A DNA stretch of 64,000 bases from Caldilineaceae bacterium (GCA_020634755.1 JACKBC010000035.1:5146-69145), one strand, 5' to 3'. Shown: positions 52,407-62,282, counted from the stretch's first letter. Numbers and translations are program-made. The notes: generated from the letters alone by a model not told the origin.

Positions 52407-52583
52407 TGGTGGTTAGTGGTTGGTAGCTGGTGGTTAGTGGTTGGTAGCTGGTGGTTAGTGGTTGGTAGCTGGTGGTTGGTAGCTGGTGGTTGGTAGCTGG
52501 TGGTTGGTAGCTGGTTGCTGGTGGTTGGTAGCTGGTTGCTGGTGGACGATCAGCAATGACTAATAACCAGCAACCAGCTACCA
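52407..52583. repeat. Heptamer-based tandem array (3 x 21 bp, 3 x 14 bp, 7-bp inserts) ending in a 17-bp-stem hairpin
   Basis: tggtggttagtggttggtagc x3, then tggtggttggtagc x3, tggttgc, tggtggttggtagc, tggttgc. tggtagctggttgctgg (52526-52542) pairs with ccagcaaccagctacca (52567-52583). Confidence 0.9.
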
Positions 52584-52585
52584 AT

Positions 52586-53314
52586 CTACAAATCTTGATT
52601 TTGGGGCAGCATAACCAGGTCGCGAATGGTGACGTGGGATGGCTGAGAGAGCATAAAGATGGCGGCGTTGGCCACATCTTCCGAGCGCAGGCTGGCGTGA
52701 GCGGCCACTTTGGCATCGATCTCCGCCTGGGTTGTAAAGCCCCACAGCTCGTTGGCCACCATGCCTGGCGCCAGCGCACCGACGCGGATATTGTGCTCGG
52801 CTACCTGCCGCCGCAACGTATGCACAAAGCCCTGAATAGCGTGTTTGGAGGCGCTGTAAATTGGCTCCCAATGGATGTCAATAAAGCCCGAGATAGAGCT
52901 GGTGACCAAAATGTCGCCCGACTTTTGGCGGATCATATGCGGCAGCACGGCGTGGACGCAACGCAGAACGCCGTCTACATTCACGTCCATTAGGTTGGCC
53001 CATTCGTCCGGGTCACCCTCGGTCACTTGCCCGGGGATATAGATGCCGGCATTGGCAAAGAGCACATCCACGCGGCCAAAGTGCTGCACCGTGCGCTCGA
53101 CCAAATGGACGATGTCGCTGCTTTTGGTCACATCGGCGGGGATGGCCAATGCATGTTCACCCAGCTCGACGGCCAGCGCATCCAGCTTATCTACCGAGCG
53201 TGCGGCCAGCACCAGCTTGCAGCCTAGCGCGGCCAGTGCCCGCGCGGTAGCAGCGCCAATGCCCGAGCTAGCGCCCGTGATGATCACGACTTTGTTGGTC
53301 AAAGGATGGCCCAT
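52586..53314 (-). CDS. Short-chain dehydrogenase/reductase (SDR)
   Basis: ITGASSGIG cofactor motif and YSASK active site. ATG 53314 is preceded by GGAGA; the track start 53365 adds 17 unconserved residues. Confidence 0.85.
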   Translation of the reverse strand: MGHPLTNKVVIITGASSGIGAATARALAALGCKLVLAARSVDKLDALAVELGEHALAIPADVTKSSDIVHLVERTVQHFGRVDVLFANAGIYIPGQVTEGDPDEWANLMDVNVDGVLRCVHAVLPHMIRQKSGDILVTSSISGFIDIHWEPIYSASKHAIQGFVHTLRRQVAEHNIRVGALAPGMVANELWGFTTQAEIDAKVAAHASLRSEDVANAAIFMLSQPSHVTIRDLVMLPQNQDL

Positions 53315-53508
53315 GGACGTCTCCGTTTCTATTGGGGAGGGAGATGTGTAATTTGGTCTATACATTTTAGACCTTTGTCCTATTTTTGCGTAATTTCAAT
53401 ATAGAAGCGTCAAAATCTTTCGATTCTGTAACTGACTCGTAATTGCGATGAGTAAAATAAAGATGGGTCAAGGTTAGTGTATCAAAAACACTTTGACCGA
53501 TGTAAAAT

Positions 53509-53580
53509 CGGTAGATCGCAACAGCGTGAGAATGGGGAAGATTCATCAAGTTGTCTGCGACAAGTTGTCTGCGATTTACG
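53509..53580 (+). repeat. Family M1 element, degenerate copy
   Basis: cggtagatcgcaacagcgtgagaatggggaagattcatcaag matches the 5' half of M1. The 3' part is replaced by a ttgtctgcga duplication. Confidence 0.4.
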
Positions 53581-53732
53581 CAGCGCCAGTGGATCACCGG
53601 GGAAACCGGCATGGCCGACCCGGCAATTTCTACTCTAGATGCGTAGGTTTTGGTGAATTGACGCTCATAGCGCTAATCCCATTGCGGTTTACTGAAAATT
53701 GTTGCTGATTCGTCAGCATTATGGAGGTTTAT

Positions 53733-53945
53733 ATGTTAGATATGTCTATGCACGAAATTTCGCGTACGCGATACGACGAAATGCTGCTCGAAGCTGAACA
53801 ACAGCGCAAGATTCGGAAGCTGCGCAAGCAGGGTCGCTTTGGCCCCAGCTTGGCGGACCGGGCGCTGCTGGCTGTGGGCAAACAGCTCACTCGCACAGGC
53901 GATTGGTTGCAGCATCGCATCGAAATGCAGCCAGGACTGCGCTAA
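53733..53945 (+). CDS. Small hypothetical protein (70 aa), charged helical N-terminus
   Basis: A GGAGG lies 5 nt upstream of ATG 53733. No recognisable family. Followed by several hairpins and a terminator. Confidence 0.4.
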   Translation: MLDMSMHEISRTRYDEMLLEAEQQRKIRKLRKQGRFGPSLADRALLAVGKQLTRTGDWLQHRIEMQPGLR

Positions 53946-54073
53946 ATCCTAGCCGCCAATGGTAATGGCGGCGCTTGCTCCCCCAAAACCAAATAGTCGT
54001 TCTACATCATCCCACTTATGTAGAACGTCCAATTGAATAAAGCATCATCTCAATGCAAGGAGATGTTTAAATA

Positions 54074-54118
54074 TAAAACATCCGCATTGGCCCAACGGAG
54101 GCGCCAATGCGGATGTTT
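54074..54118. terminator. Bidirectional rho-independent terminator
   Basis: aaaacatccgcattgg-(loop)-ccaatgcggatgtttt. 12-bp GC-containing stem flanked by an A-tract and a T-tract. Confidence 0.65.
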
Positions 54119-54287
54119 TGGATTATATATGGCTATGCAGACGTAAATAAATACCATTTGGCTCTGTAAAAGCAATGAATAATTAATCCTTTCTCAGCGT
54201 ATAATTCACAATGTGTTGCGCTTTAGGGTATACTATACGTAGAAAATGACGGTTTTGCGACTTTCGCGTAGCCTCAAGGAGGCGCAT

Positions 54288-55103
54288 GTGAGTACGATCA
54301 TTGCACCCAAAGTTCCATTCAAAATTCAACCGGAAGACGAATATCCCTCCTCGGATGGACAACCTATGGCTGAGACCGAAGTTCACATCCTGGCACTGCT
54401 GCACTTGTTTAGCGCGCTACGTTTTTATTTTCGCCATCGCCAAGATGTTTATGTGATTGGCGATATGTTCTTGTATTATCGGCAAGGGAATCCACACGCC
54501 CGCAAAGCTCCCGATATTATGGTTATTAAGGGGATTGATGCCACCATTCGCCGCCGTTCTTACAAACTTTGGGAAGAGGGTGTACCACCCAGCATTGTAA
54601 TTGAGTTAACGTCCGGGCAGACCAAAAAGGAAGATATTGTCACAAAACCCGCTCTCTATGCCTCGTTGGGTATTAAGGAATATTTTCTCTTTGACCCCAT
54701 GTATGAGTATTTAGATGAACAGCTTATTGGCTATCGAATGGACGCTGAGGGTGAATATGTAATCATAGAGCCGGATGCAGATGGTGATTTGCACAGTGTT
54801 GAATTGGGGCTCATCTTTAGCATTGAGGACTATCTTTTGCGTGTGGTTGATCCGGAAACAGGTGAGTATATTCCTGCTTTGGATGAAGCGGCGGACCGAG
54901 CTGCCGAAGCCATGCAACGCGCCGAACAAGAATCTCAACGCGCCGAACAAGAATCACAACGCGCCGAACAAGAATCTCAACGCGCCGAACAAGAATCTCA
55001 ACGCGCCGAACAAGAATCCCAGCGTGCCCAGGAGGCTGAAGCGGAAGCCGCCCGTCTGCGCGAGTTGCTGAAAAAGCTGGGACACAACGACGCATTTGAA
55101 TAA
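54288..55103 (+). CDS. Uma2 (DUF820) family endonuclease-like protein with a C-terminal QRAEQES heptad-repeat tail
   Basis: GTG 54288 is preceded by AAGGAGG with a 5-nt spacer. SSDGQPMAE...PDIMVIKG...PSIVIELTS...K...Y...GIKEYFLFDP is the Uma2 PD-(D/E)xK pattern. Confidence 0.75.
   Translation: MSTIIAPKVPFKIQPEDEYPSSDGQPMAETEVHILALLHLFSALRFYFRHRQDVYVIGDMFLYYRQGNPHARKAPDIMVIKGIDATIRRRSYKLWEEGVPPSIVIELTSGQTKKEDIVTKPALYASLGIKEYFLFDPMYEYLDEQLIGYRMDAEGEYVIIEPDADGDLHSVELGLIFSIEDYLLRVVDPETGEYIPALDEAADRAAEAMQRAEQESQRAEQESQRAEQESQRAEQESQRAEQESQRAQEAEAEAARLRELLKKLGHNDAFE
54915..55019 (+). repeat. In-frame tandem repeat, 5 x 21 bp (CAACGCGCCGAACAAGAATCN) plus a degenerate 6th unit
   Basis: Read directly. 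The units differ only at the last base. Encodes (QRAEQES)5. Confidence 0.95.
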
Positions 55104-55147
55104 TATTTAGGAAGCGGCGATATCGAAGAAACATTCTTCGCAAAATT

Positions 55148-56365
55148 TCAATACCACCACGTAATTCCCCAAGCATTCACTGCTACCCCCACGATGATCA
55201 GCCCTTGCATGAGCCATGAGACGCGCCGCCCGGCGCCTATGGCCAGCAGCACCATGACTGGAACCATAAAGTCCAAACTAAAACGATAGCCAAACTGCCA
55301 CCAGCCCGTGTTGTAATAGAGCACCAGCGGAATGGCCAGCAGAACAAACGACACCCATGCTCCGAGTGCAAGCGGTGTAGGGCGCCGCGCGCCCAGTAAA
55401 TAGATGAGCGCTGGCGTGGTGATGAATAAACTCATGCCTTCAGGGTCGGGTGTTAGCGAGCGCGTATTTGCGTCCCAAAGAGGCAGTGCCAGCCACATGG
55501 CCCACAAATTTTTCGACGCATAATGCAGGTTGAATTGGCCGTAGTGGTCCAGATCTGGCTTGAGCTTTTGGGCCACATTTTCGGTTAGATAGCCAAAATC
55601 CAGCCAATGGTCAAAGCGGGCCACATTGTAGCCCAATAGCAAAGCCACAGCTATCGCCAGTGGAATGGCTGAGCGCAACGTCCAACCGGCAAGTTTGCGC
55701 GCAATTGCCGGCTGAGGCCATGATGCAAAGCCGCCCAATCCGGGCGGCAGATTATGCATCCAATAGATCCCCAATAGCAGCGGCCACGTAAAGACCACGT
55801 TGGGGCGCGCCAGTAGCGCAATGGCCAGCGCGCTGCTGGCCGGCCAGGCCGATGCGTAGCGCACGGCCAGCCAGACGCTCAGCGCCACAAAGGTGACCGT
55901 GCTGATCTGCGCCACAAACCAAACGCTGCCCAGCGTGGCCATATACCAATGCACGCAACCGAGACCAAAGAGCAGCGTCAGCCATAAGTTGTCTACAGTG
56001 CTCAATTTGCTCCAGCCGCGCCTGAATAGGGCGTCCAACAGCAAATGAACAAGCAGCACGTTGAGCGCGCCCAGCAATGTGGAAAAGAGGACGGTATTGG
56101 TGGCGGCCAGCCCACGCAGCGTAACCCACGGCAACAGCAATAAGGCCGGCAGCGGCGGAAAAGGGACATACCAACGCCCAGCAAATTGGGTCAAATCATG
56201 GGTGGATGGTGGTTGAGCCAGGTAAAGTTGGCCCTGTCGAAAGGCATCGGCTAAGTAGTCAAAATAGGCGACCTGTGGGCTAGCGGTGTTGCCGCCCCAA
56301 ACGGCAGTGGCCCAATAAAGGAGCCAGGCTACGACGAAAATGAAAAGGGGGCGGATGATTTTCAA
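55148..56365 (-). CDS. Polytopic membrane protein, GT-C-type glycosyltransferase-like (ArnT/PMT_2/DUF2029-like)
   Basis: 405 aa. ~10-11 hydrophobic helices. N-terminal loop YFDYLADAFRQGQLYL. TTG start. Family assignment is tentative. Confidence 0.4.
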   Translation of the reverse strand: MKIIRPLFIFVVAWLLYWATAVWGGNTASPQVAYFDYLADAFRQGQLYLAQPPSTHDLTQFAGRWYVPFPPLPALLLLPWVTLRGLAATNTVLFSTLLGALNVLLVHLLLDALFRRGWSKLSTVDNLWLTLLFGLGCVHWYMATLGSVWFVAQISTVTFVALSVWLAVRYASAWPASSALAIALLARPNVVFTWPLLLGIYWMHNLPPGLGGFASWPQPAIARKLAGWTLRSAIPLAIAVALLLGYNVARFDHWLDFGYLTENVAQKLKPDLDHYGQFNLHYASKNLWAMWLALPLWDANTRSLTPDPEGMSLFITTPALIYLLGARRPTPLALGAWVSFVLLAIPLVLYYNTGWWQFGYRFSLDFMVPVMVLLAIGAGRRVSWLMQGLIIVGVAVNAWGITWWY

Positions 56366-56514
56366 GGCGGCTCCGAGGAGAATCTATGTAGGGCTAGCTG
56401 AATAAAGGTTTATAAACTGTTTTGTTAACTCTCATCAACCGGTCCCGCCGTATGACCGATTTAATTGGGTAACTCCCATAAAGCGTGCCGCTTTGAACGG
56501 GCTAAAAACTTGTC

Positions 56515-57468
56515 CTAAAATGAGTGGGTCAGTTCATGCCAGAAGGAGGGCGCGGGACGGTTGTCGTCGGTCACAATGCGCTCGCCTTTGTCGCAAAACT
56601 CATAGAGGATTTTGGTCAGCGGCAGCGGAAAATCTGACTCATCAGCTTCCAGCAAAAAGTAAGGCAATTCGCGAAACTTGACGCCCACGTTGGGGCCATT
56701 GCCCTGGGCAATGCGCTGAGCAACGGCGCTAAAATCCTGGCGCCAGCGCCCTTCCTTGCCAATGGCCTGGGCGATCACGTCGATTTCCACGCCGGCGTTA
56801 ACGCCAAACGAAATTGCTTCCAGGTAGGCCGCATCCACCAGCCCCATCATGAGCTGATTGACGCCTTTGACTACCTGCCCACAGCCGGAAGGCCCACAGT
56901 GGGTCAGTTTGGCCGCGCCGCCCACCGCTTCCAGCATTGGGCGTACTTGGGCCACTGCATCTGGCTCGCCACCCACAAACAGGTAGAGATCCGCCTTCTG
57001 GGCGCCGCTGGGTCCGCCGCTCACCGGCGCATCAATGAGCACAGCTTCTTGCTGGGCAAAACAGGTGGCCAGCCGACGCGTCTCTGGCGGTGTCACAGTG
57101 CCAAAGTCGATGAGGATTTGGCCAGGCTGTACATTGGGCAAAATGCGCTGTTCGGCCACTTCCACAAAGGCACTCGAACTGGGCAGGCTCGTGACAATAA
57201 TATTGACGCGGCCCACCAGGTTTTCCACACTCAGCGCGGCCTCGGCGCCGGCATTGACCAGGGCATCGAGCCGAGTGGCGCTCAGATCAAACACAACCAG
57301 CGGATAGCCGGCGGCCAGGAGGTTGAGCGCCATGGGTTTCCCCATAGCGCCCAGCCCAATAAAACCGATGACCGGCAAGGTGCGATTTTCTACAGCATTC
57401 GTGTGCGCAGCAATGCTGCGGCCTTCATTCAGATCTGAATCCGATTGTTCGGCTCTATTCGCGCTCAT
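56515..57468 (-). CDS. NAD(P)-dependent beta-hydroxyacid dehydrogenase family oxidoreductase
   Basis: IGFIGLGAMGKPMALNL Rossmann motif. GCGQVVKGVNQLM family motif. Confidence 0.8.
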   Translation of the reverse strand: MSANRAEQSDSDLNEGRSIAAHTNAVENRTLPVIGFIGLGAMGKPMALNLLAAGYPLVVFDLSATRLDALVNAGAEAALSVENLVGRVNIIVTSLPSSSAFVEVAEQRILPNVQPGQILIDFGTVTPPETRRLATCFAQQEAVLIDAPVSGGPSGAQKADLYLFVGGEPDAVAQVRPMLEAVGGAAKLTHCGPSGCGQVVKGVNQLMMGLVDAAYLEAISFGVNAGVEIDVIAQAIGKEGRWRQDFSAVAQRIAQGNGPNVGVKFRELPYFLLEADESDFPLPLTKILYEFCDKGERIVTDDNRPAPSFWHELTHSF

Positions 57469-58426
57469 CGCTCTTTAGCTCCAGCCACGCAATTTCCTGT
57501 GGCGATAATTTGAGCGTCATGGCGTCCATGTTGGCGCGGAATTCATCGGCGCTGCGGCAGCCCACCAGCGCAAAGATGGTAATGGGCTGGCTCATGACGT
57601 ACGCCGTGGCAATCTGCGGAATGCTCAGCCCTTTTTCTTCAGCCAGCGTTTGCACCCTCTCCAGCCGTTTGAGATTTTCCTCAGAGGCATAACATTCGAC
57701 ACAAAGTTTATCTAAATAGGTTTCAGCTGAATCCAGGTTGGATTTATTCAGCCGTCCGCTAAAGAAACCGCCGGCCAGGCTGGACCAGGTAAAGAGCGGC
57801 ATATTGTGTTTCAGATACCAGGCACGTTCGCTTTCACCCGCTGGACCGCTGACGCTAATGCAATTTTCCCATGGTGGTTTAATCTGTACGGCCAGGCTGA
57901 AGTTGGGGCTGCTGGCCACAAATGGATGCAGCCCATTGGCGGCGGCATATGCATTGGCTTCTTCAATGCGCGCCGTGCTCCAATTGGAGCCGCCATAAGC
58001 GTTGATCCAGCCCTTTTCCTTATATTTATGCAGCGTTTCCACAATGGGGCCCACCGGCTGGCTGGGATCGTCGCGGTGCAGGAGGTAGAGGTCGGCGTAG
58101 TCAAACTTAAAGCGGGCCAGTGAATCATGCAGGTCGGCCTCAATATCAAAAGGGTTGACGCGTTGGCGGTCGCGATTGTGATGCGCCCCCTTGCTGAGCA
58201 CCACCACCTTATCGCGAATGCCGCGGTCGTTGACCCAAGCGCCAAAAGCGCGTTCCACCGAGCCGTTGCCATATACATGGCCCGTGTCAAAGGTGGTGCA
58301 GCCCAGCTCAAAAATCGAATCGAGCAGCGCAAAACTTTCCTCCAGCTTATCCTCGCCAATCATGACTGAGCCCTGCACCAGGCGGGAGATTGGTTTGTCA
58401 ATACCGGGGAGTGAACCGTATTCCAT
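57455..58426 (-). CDS. Aldo/keto reductase
   Basis: 323 aa. FDTGHVYGNG and LSKG.H motifs. 14-nt overlap with the downstream gene. Confidence 0.85.
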   Translation of the reverse strand: MEYGSLPGIDKPISRLVQGSVMIGEDKLEESFALLDSIFELGCTTFDTGHVYGNGSVERAFGAWVNDRGIRDKVVVLSKGAHHNRDRQRVNPFDIEADLHDSLARFKFDYADLYLLHRDDPSQPVGPIVETLHKYKEKGWINAYGGSNWSTARIEEANAYAAANGLHPFVASSPNFSLAVQIKPPWENCISVSGPAGESERAWYLKHNMPLFTWSSLAGGFFSGRLNKSNLDSAETYLDKLCVECYASEENLKRLERVQTLAEEKGLSIPQIATAYVMSQPITIFALVGCRSADEFRANMDAMTLKLSPQEIAWLELKSDERE

Positions 58427-58765
58427 GATATTTCCTTTGTTTTAATATTGTTGGTTGTGTAAATGATGAAGTGGGCTGGCAAGATGTGCATTGCGTTGTG
58501 CGTGTACCGGTTTAGTAGCTTGCGACGTTACCAGTTTCTTGACTGGTTCATGCACCACGCACTACGAAAAAAACAACAGCCCAAGCGTTTGCGCAAGATA
58601 CCTCTAAACTCCTCCCCCGATCATACCCTTTCCCCCCACTTTGTCAATAAACGCCGCCCAACAATACGCAATACTCGACACTCGATACTCAATACCTCAC
58701 CCCCTCCACCTTGCCGCTGCCGCCGTTGCGTTTTACAATGAAAACCCGTGTCAAAAACATGAATG

Positions 58766-58813
58766 GTCAGCCTTTCAGCCATTAGCTGACCGACTGAGAA
58801 GCTGATGGCTGAC
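58766..58813. repeat. Word-repeat hairpin (TCAGCCATTAGC / GCTGATGGCTGA) in a 5' leader
   Basis: ggtcagcctttcagccattagctgaccgactgagaagctgatggctgac. Nested complementary arms, 23 nt upstream of ATG 58836. Confidence 0.45.
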
Positions 58814-58835
58814 AAGCTCCCCAAAGGAATAATCC

Positions 58836-59615
58836 ATGACCGACCTTCTTTTGATCGACAAAGCGGATGACATTGCTACCGTGACTCTGAACCGACCGCA
58901 AAAGATGAACGCGCTCAGCAAGGCGCTTTGGGCCGCCGTGGGCGACGCCATGCAGGCGCTTTCGGATGATGAGGACGTGCGTTGCGTGGTGCTGCGCGGG
59001 GCCGGCGACCGCGCCTTTTCCCCCGGCGCCGACATTACCGAATTCGAGAGCGAGCGCGCCAATTTTGAGCAAGCGCGCGTCTATGGCGGTATTATGCATC
59101 GCACCATGGGCGCCATTCGCGACTGCCGCCACCCCACCATTGCCATGATCAAGGGGGTCTGCGTGGGCGGTGGGCTAGAGTTGGCCTGCATGTGCGATCT
59201 GCGCATCTGCGGCGAATCGAGCCGCTTTGGCGTACCCATTAACCGCATTGGCGTCATCATGGCTTACCCGGAAATTGAAGCGCTTATTGATCTGGTGGGG
59301 CGAGCCACGGCGCTGGAAATCTTGCTGGAAGGGCGCGTCTTTGGCGCCGCCGAAGCCAAAGAGAAGGGGCTGGTCACGCGCGTCGTGCCGGATGCACAGG
59401 TGGAGGAGGACGTGTATGCCAGCGCCCGCCGCATTGCCGATGGCGCACCCCACTCCAACCGGCTACATAAAAAGTTTGCCCGCCGCTTGCTCGATCCCAC
59501 GCCGCTCTCTGCCGAGGAGTTTAGCGAGGGCTTTGCCAGCGCCAATTTTGAGGATTATCAAGAAGGCTATCGGGCCTTTGTGGAAAAGCGCAAACCGGAT
59601 TTTAAAGGCCGCTGA
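58836..59615 (+). CDS. Enoyl-CoA hydratase/isomerase (crotonase) family protein
   Basis: 259 aa. Oxyanion-hole segments FSPGADI and GVCVGGGLELACMCDLRI. Confidence 0.85.
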   Translation: MTDLLLIDKADDIATVTLNRPQKMNALSKALWAAVGDAMQALSDDEDVRCVVLRGAGDRAFSPGADITEFESERANFEQARVYGGIMHRTMGAIRDCRHPTIAMIKGVCVGGGLELACMCDLRICGESSRFGVPINRIGVIMAYPEIEALIDLVGRATALEILLEGRVFGAAEAKEKGLVTRVVPDAQVEEDVYASARRIADGAPHSNRLHKKFARRLLDPTPLSAEEFSEGFASANFEDYQEGYRAFVEKRKPDFKGR

Positions 59616-59651
59616 AGTGCACGTGCGCTGCGTAAGTCGTGAAAATTCGCC

Positions 59652-60230
59652 ATGGACGTGATTTATCTGAATGGACCAAGTTCCGCCGGCAAAACAAGCC
59701 TGGCTCGCGCATTACAGAGCTTGTTGCCGGGCTATTATTTGCACATCGGCATTGATATGCTCATTGAAATGATGCCTGAAAAGGCAAACCGATGGAGCGC
59801 TCCGGAACCCTGTGATGGCTTCACATGGCAAGCAGTTCGGCTGCCCACTGGCGACCTGGGCATGCGCGTGCGGGCTGGACCATATGGCAGTCAAATCGCC
59901 GGCGCTTTCCACGCCGTGGTTGCCACATTACTGAGCACGGGTCATCGGCTCATTATTGACGATGTGGCCAATGGCATCTCGGAAGTGCAAATCTGGCTGG
60001 ATGAACTCCGGCACTATGCTATATGCACGGTTGGCGTGGTCTGCGCCCTAGACGAACTCATCAAACGTGAGGCGACCCGCGGTGACCGGAAAACGGGTTC
60101 TGCGGCAGAGCAGTTTTATCGCGTTCATACAGGCGTCAATTACGACTTGATGGTGGACACCACGCATTATACAGCCACACAATGCGCCAATAAGATCGTC
60201 GAGCATATCAAGCATTTGTCTTTGGTCTAG
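59652..60230 (+). CDS. Chloramphenicol-phosphotransferase-like (CPT family) P-loop kinase
   Basis: IYLNGPSSAGKTSLARALQSLLP..YLHIGIDMLIEMMP parallels the CPT N-terminus (ILNGGSSAGKS...FGVD.LIE.MP) as I recall it. Confidence 0.65.
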   Translation: MDVIYLNGPSSAGKTSLARALQSLLPGYYLHIGIDMLIEMMPEKANRWSAPEPCDGFTWQAVRLPTGDLGMRVRAGPYGSQIAGAFHAVVATLLSTGHRLIIDDVANGISEVQIWLDELRHYAICTVGVVCALDELIKREATRGDRKTGSAAEQFYRVHTGVNYDLMVDTTHYTATQCANKIVEHIKHLSLV

Positions 60231-60283
60231 CGCCAGCGCAACCGGGGCCAGAGCAGCTGGGGCATCACATGGAAAGATAGCAG

Positions 60284-60868
60284 ATGGAAAGATTGCAGCA
60301 GCAGATTGCGTTTATTTTAGAATTGGACAAGCTCAAAGCTGTGTTGCGCCGCACCAAGCCCACCGGGCTGGAGCGGCAGGAAAATACGGCCGAACACAGT
60401 TGGCATATTGCCACGTTGGCGCTGGTCATGGCCGAATATGCCAATGAGCCCGTTGATATGAGCCACGTGGTCAAGATGCTGTTGGTGCATGACATTGTGG
60501 AGATCGATGCTGACGACACCATGATCTATGATGTAGCGGCCAATGCCGACAAATGGGAACGCGAATCGCGCGCCGCCGAGCGTCTATTTGGTCTGCTGCC
60601 CGCGGCACAGGGCGCCGAGTTTAAAGCGCTGTGGCTAGAATATGAAGCGCAAAGCACGCCCGAAGCGCGCTTTGCCAAAGTGGCGGATCGCCTCATGCCC
60701 ATTCTGCATAATTACCACCGCCAGGGCGAAGGCTGGCTGATTCACAAAGTGCGTGCGCATCAGGTGCGCCAGGTGAACAGCGTAATTGACCACGGGTCCA
60801 ACGAATTATGGGCCTTTGTGCAATCGCTTATTGATGACGCTGTGGCCAAGGGGTATTTGGCTGAATGA
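60284..60868 (+). CDS. HD-domain phosphohydrolase (YfbR-like 5'-nucleotidase family)
   Basis: ENTAEHSWH...LLVHDIVEIDADDT has the H...HD...D metal-binding pattern. Confidence 0.75.
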   Translation: MERLQQQIAFILELDKLKAVLRRTKPTGLERQENTAEHSWHIATLALVMAEYANEPVDMSHVVKMLLVHDIVEIDADDTMIYDVAANADKWERESRAAERLFGLLPAAQGAEFKALWLEYEAQSTPEARFAKVADRLMPILHNYHRQGEGWLIHKVRAHQVRQVNSVIDHGSNELWAFVQSLIDDAVAKGYLAE

Positions 60869-60869
60869 A

Positions 60870-60966
60870 ATCTCACGTTACGCCGCGACAGCCAGTCGGC
60901 TAGAGAGAAACAGGAACATCGGCGAGCCGACTTTCCGCCAGGCTTGCGTAACATAAGTGAAATGAC
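60870..60966. repeat. Family M2 element, second copy
   Basis: atctcacgttacgccgcgacagccagtcggctagagagaaacaggaacatcggcgagccgactttccgccaggcttgcgtaacataagtgaaatgac. Starts 2 nt after the upstream stop codon. Confidence 0.85.
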
Positions 60967-61046
60967 AAGATAATACGGTGATGACACGGCGACGGCGCCT
61001 GTTGAAGTTACCGTGTTGCCTTGTTGCAAAACGAGGGAGTAAGCAC

Positions 61047-62282
61047 ATGGCGCAAACAGACCGTTCCGGCCCGCTGGTTGGGCTCAAAGTTGTCGAAATT
61101 ACGCACATTATGGCGGGGCCCACCTGTGGTCTCATGTTGGCCGACATGGGTGCAGACGTGATCAAGGTGGAACGGCTGCCCAGAGGGGACGATACGCGCC
61201 GCACCATTCCGCCCACCATTGATGGTGAATCGGCGGCGTTCATGATGATGAACCGCAACAAGCGCGGCGTGGCCATTAACTTTCGCAGCCAGGCCGGCTT
61301 GGCTGCTTTACGCAAGTTGATTTTGAGCGCCGATGTGTTGGTGGAAAATTTCCGCGTGGGCGCCATGGAGCATTATGGCTTGGGATATGAAGTGCTGCGG
61401 CAAGAGAAACCAGAGTTGATCTACTGCTCGCTTTCTGGGTTTGGGCGCACGGGCCCCTATGCCGAGCGCGGTGGTTTTGACCTGATTGCCCAGGGCATGA
61501 GCGGGTTGATGAGCATTACGGGCGACATGCCCACCGACGATGCTCAGGAGCCGCCGCCGGTCAAAGTGGGGGCGCCCATGACCGATATTACGGCGGGCAT
61601 ATTGGCCGCCATGGGCATACTGGCCGCCTATGTCCATCGCCTGAAAACCGGTGAAGGGCAAATGGTAGATACGTCACTCTTTGAGGCGGGCATTACGCAC
61701 ACTTACTGGCAATCGGCCATCTGTCTGGCTACGGGGGTGTCGCCCGGGCCGCTGGGGTCTGCGCACCCGCTTATGGCGCCCTATCAGGCATTTCAAACGC
61801 AGGATGGCTGGATCAACATTGGCGCCGCCAATCAGGCCAACTGGGAAAAGCTGATTACCGCGCTGGGTGCGCAAGAGCTGGGGGCTGACCCGCGCTTTGT
61901 GGACAACGCGGGACGGCTGACGAATCTGCCGCTGCTGGTGGCGCTGTTGACGCCCTATTTTCATCACAAAACCACGGCCCAATGGATGGCCACATTTGAC
62001 GCCATCGGCCTGCCTGCTGGACCGGTGCTTTCGATTGCCGAGATGCATGCTGACCCGCAAACGCAGGCTCGCGACATGGTGGTGGAAGTGGAACACAGTC
62101 GCCTGGGGCCAGTTAAGACCCTGGGGCTGCCGGTCAAATTTTCCGACACGCCGGGCGGAGTGCAGCATGGCGCACCCATCATGGGCCAACACACGCGGGA
62201 GGTGCTGCGCGAAATTGGCTATGCGGATGGCGAGATTGATGCAATGGCGGGAAGTGGCGATATTCAGGCTACGGCTGGATAG
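61047..62282 (+). CDS. Family III CoA-transferase (CaiB/BaiF)
   Basis: ATG 61047 is preceded by GAGGGAG. GLKVVEITHIMAGPTCG.MLADMGADVIKVE and FDLIAQGMSGLMS are family signatures. The track start GTG 60978 lies in the M2 flank. Confidence 0.85.
   Translation: MAQTDRSGPLVGLKVVEITHIMAGPTCGLMLADMGADVIKVERLPRGDDTRRTIPPTIDGESAAFMMMNRNKRGVAINFRSQAGLAALRKLILSADVLVENFRVGAMEHYGLGYEVLRQEKPELIYCSLSGFGRTGPYAERGGFDLIAQGMSGLMSITGDMPTDDAQEPPPVKVGAPMTDITAGILAAMGILAAYVHRLKTGEGQMVDTSLFEAGITHTYWQSAICLATGVSPGPLGSAHPLMAPYQAFQTQDGWINIGAANQANWEKLITALGAQELGADPRFVDNAGRLTNLPLLVALLTPYFHHKTTAQWMATFDAIGLPAGPVLSIAEMHADPQTQARDMVVEVEHSRLGPVKTLGLPVKFSDTPGGVQHGAPIMGQHTREVLREIGYADGEIDAMAGSGDIQATAG

Noticed and set aside
52407-52583. 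CRISPR array. The same question was considered for 1081-1178 and 54915-55019.
   Set aside because: The repeats are contiguous (7-21 bp units) with no unique spacers. There are no cas genes in the window. 54915-55019 is in-frame coding sequence.
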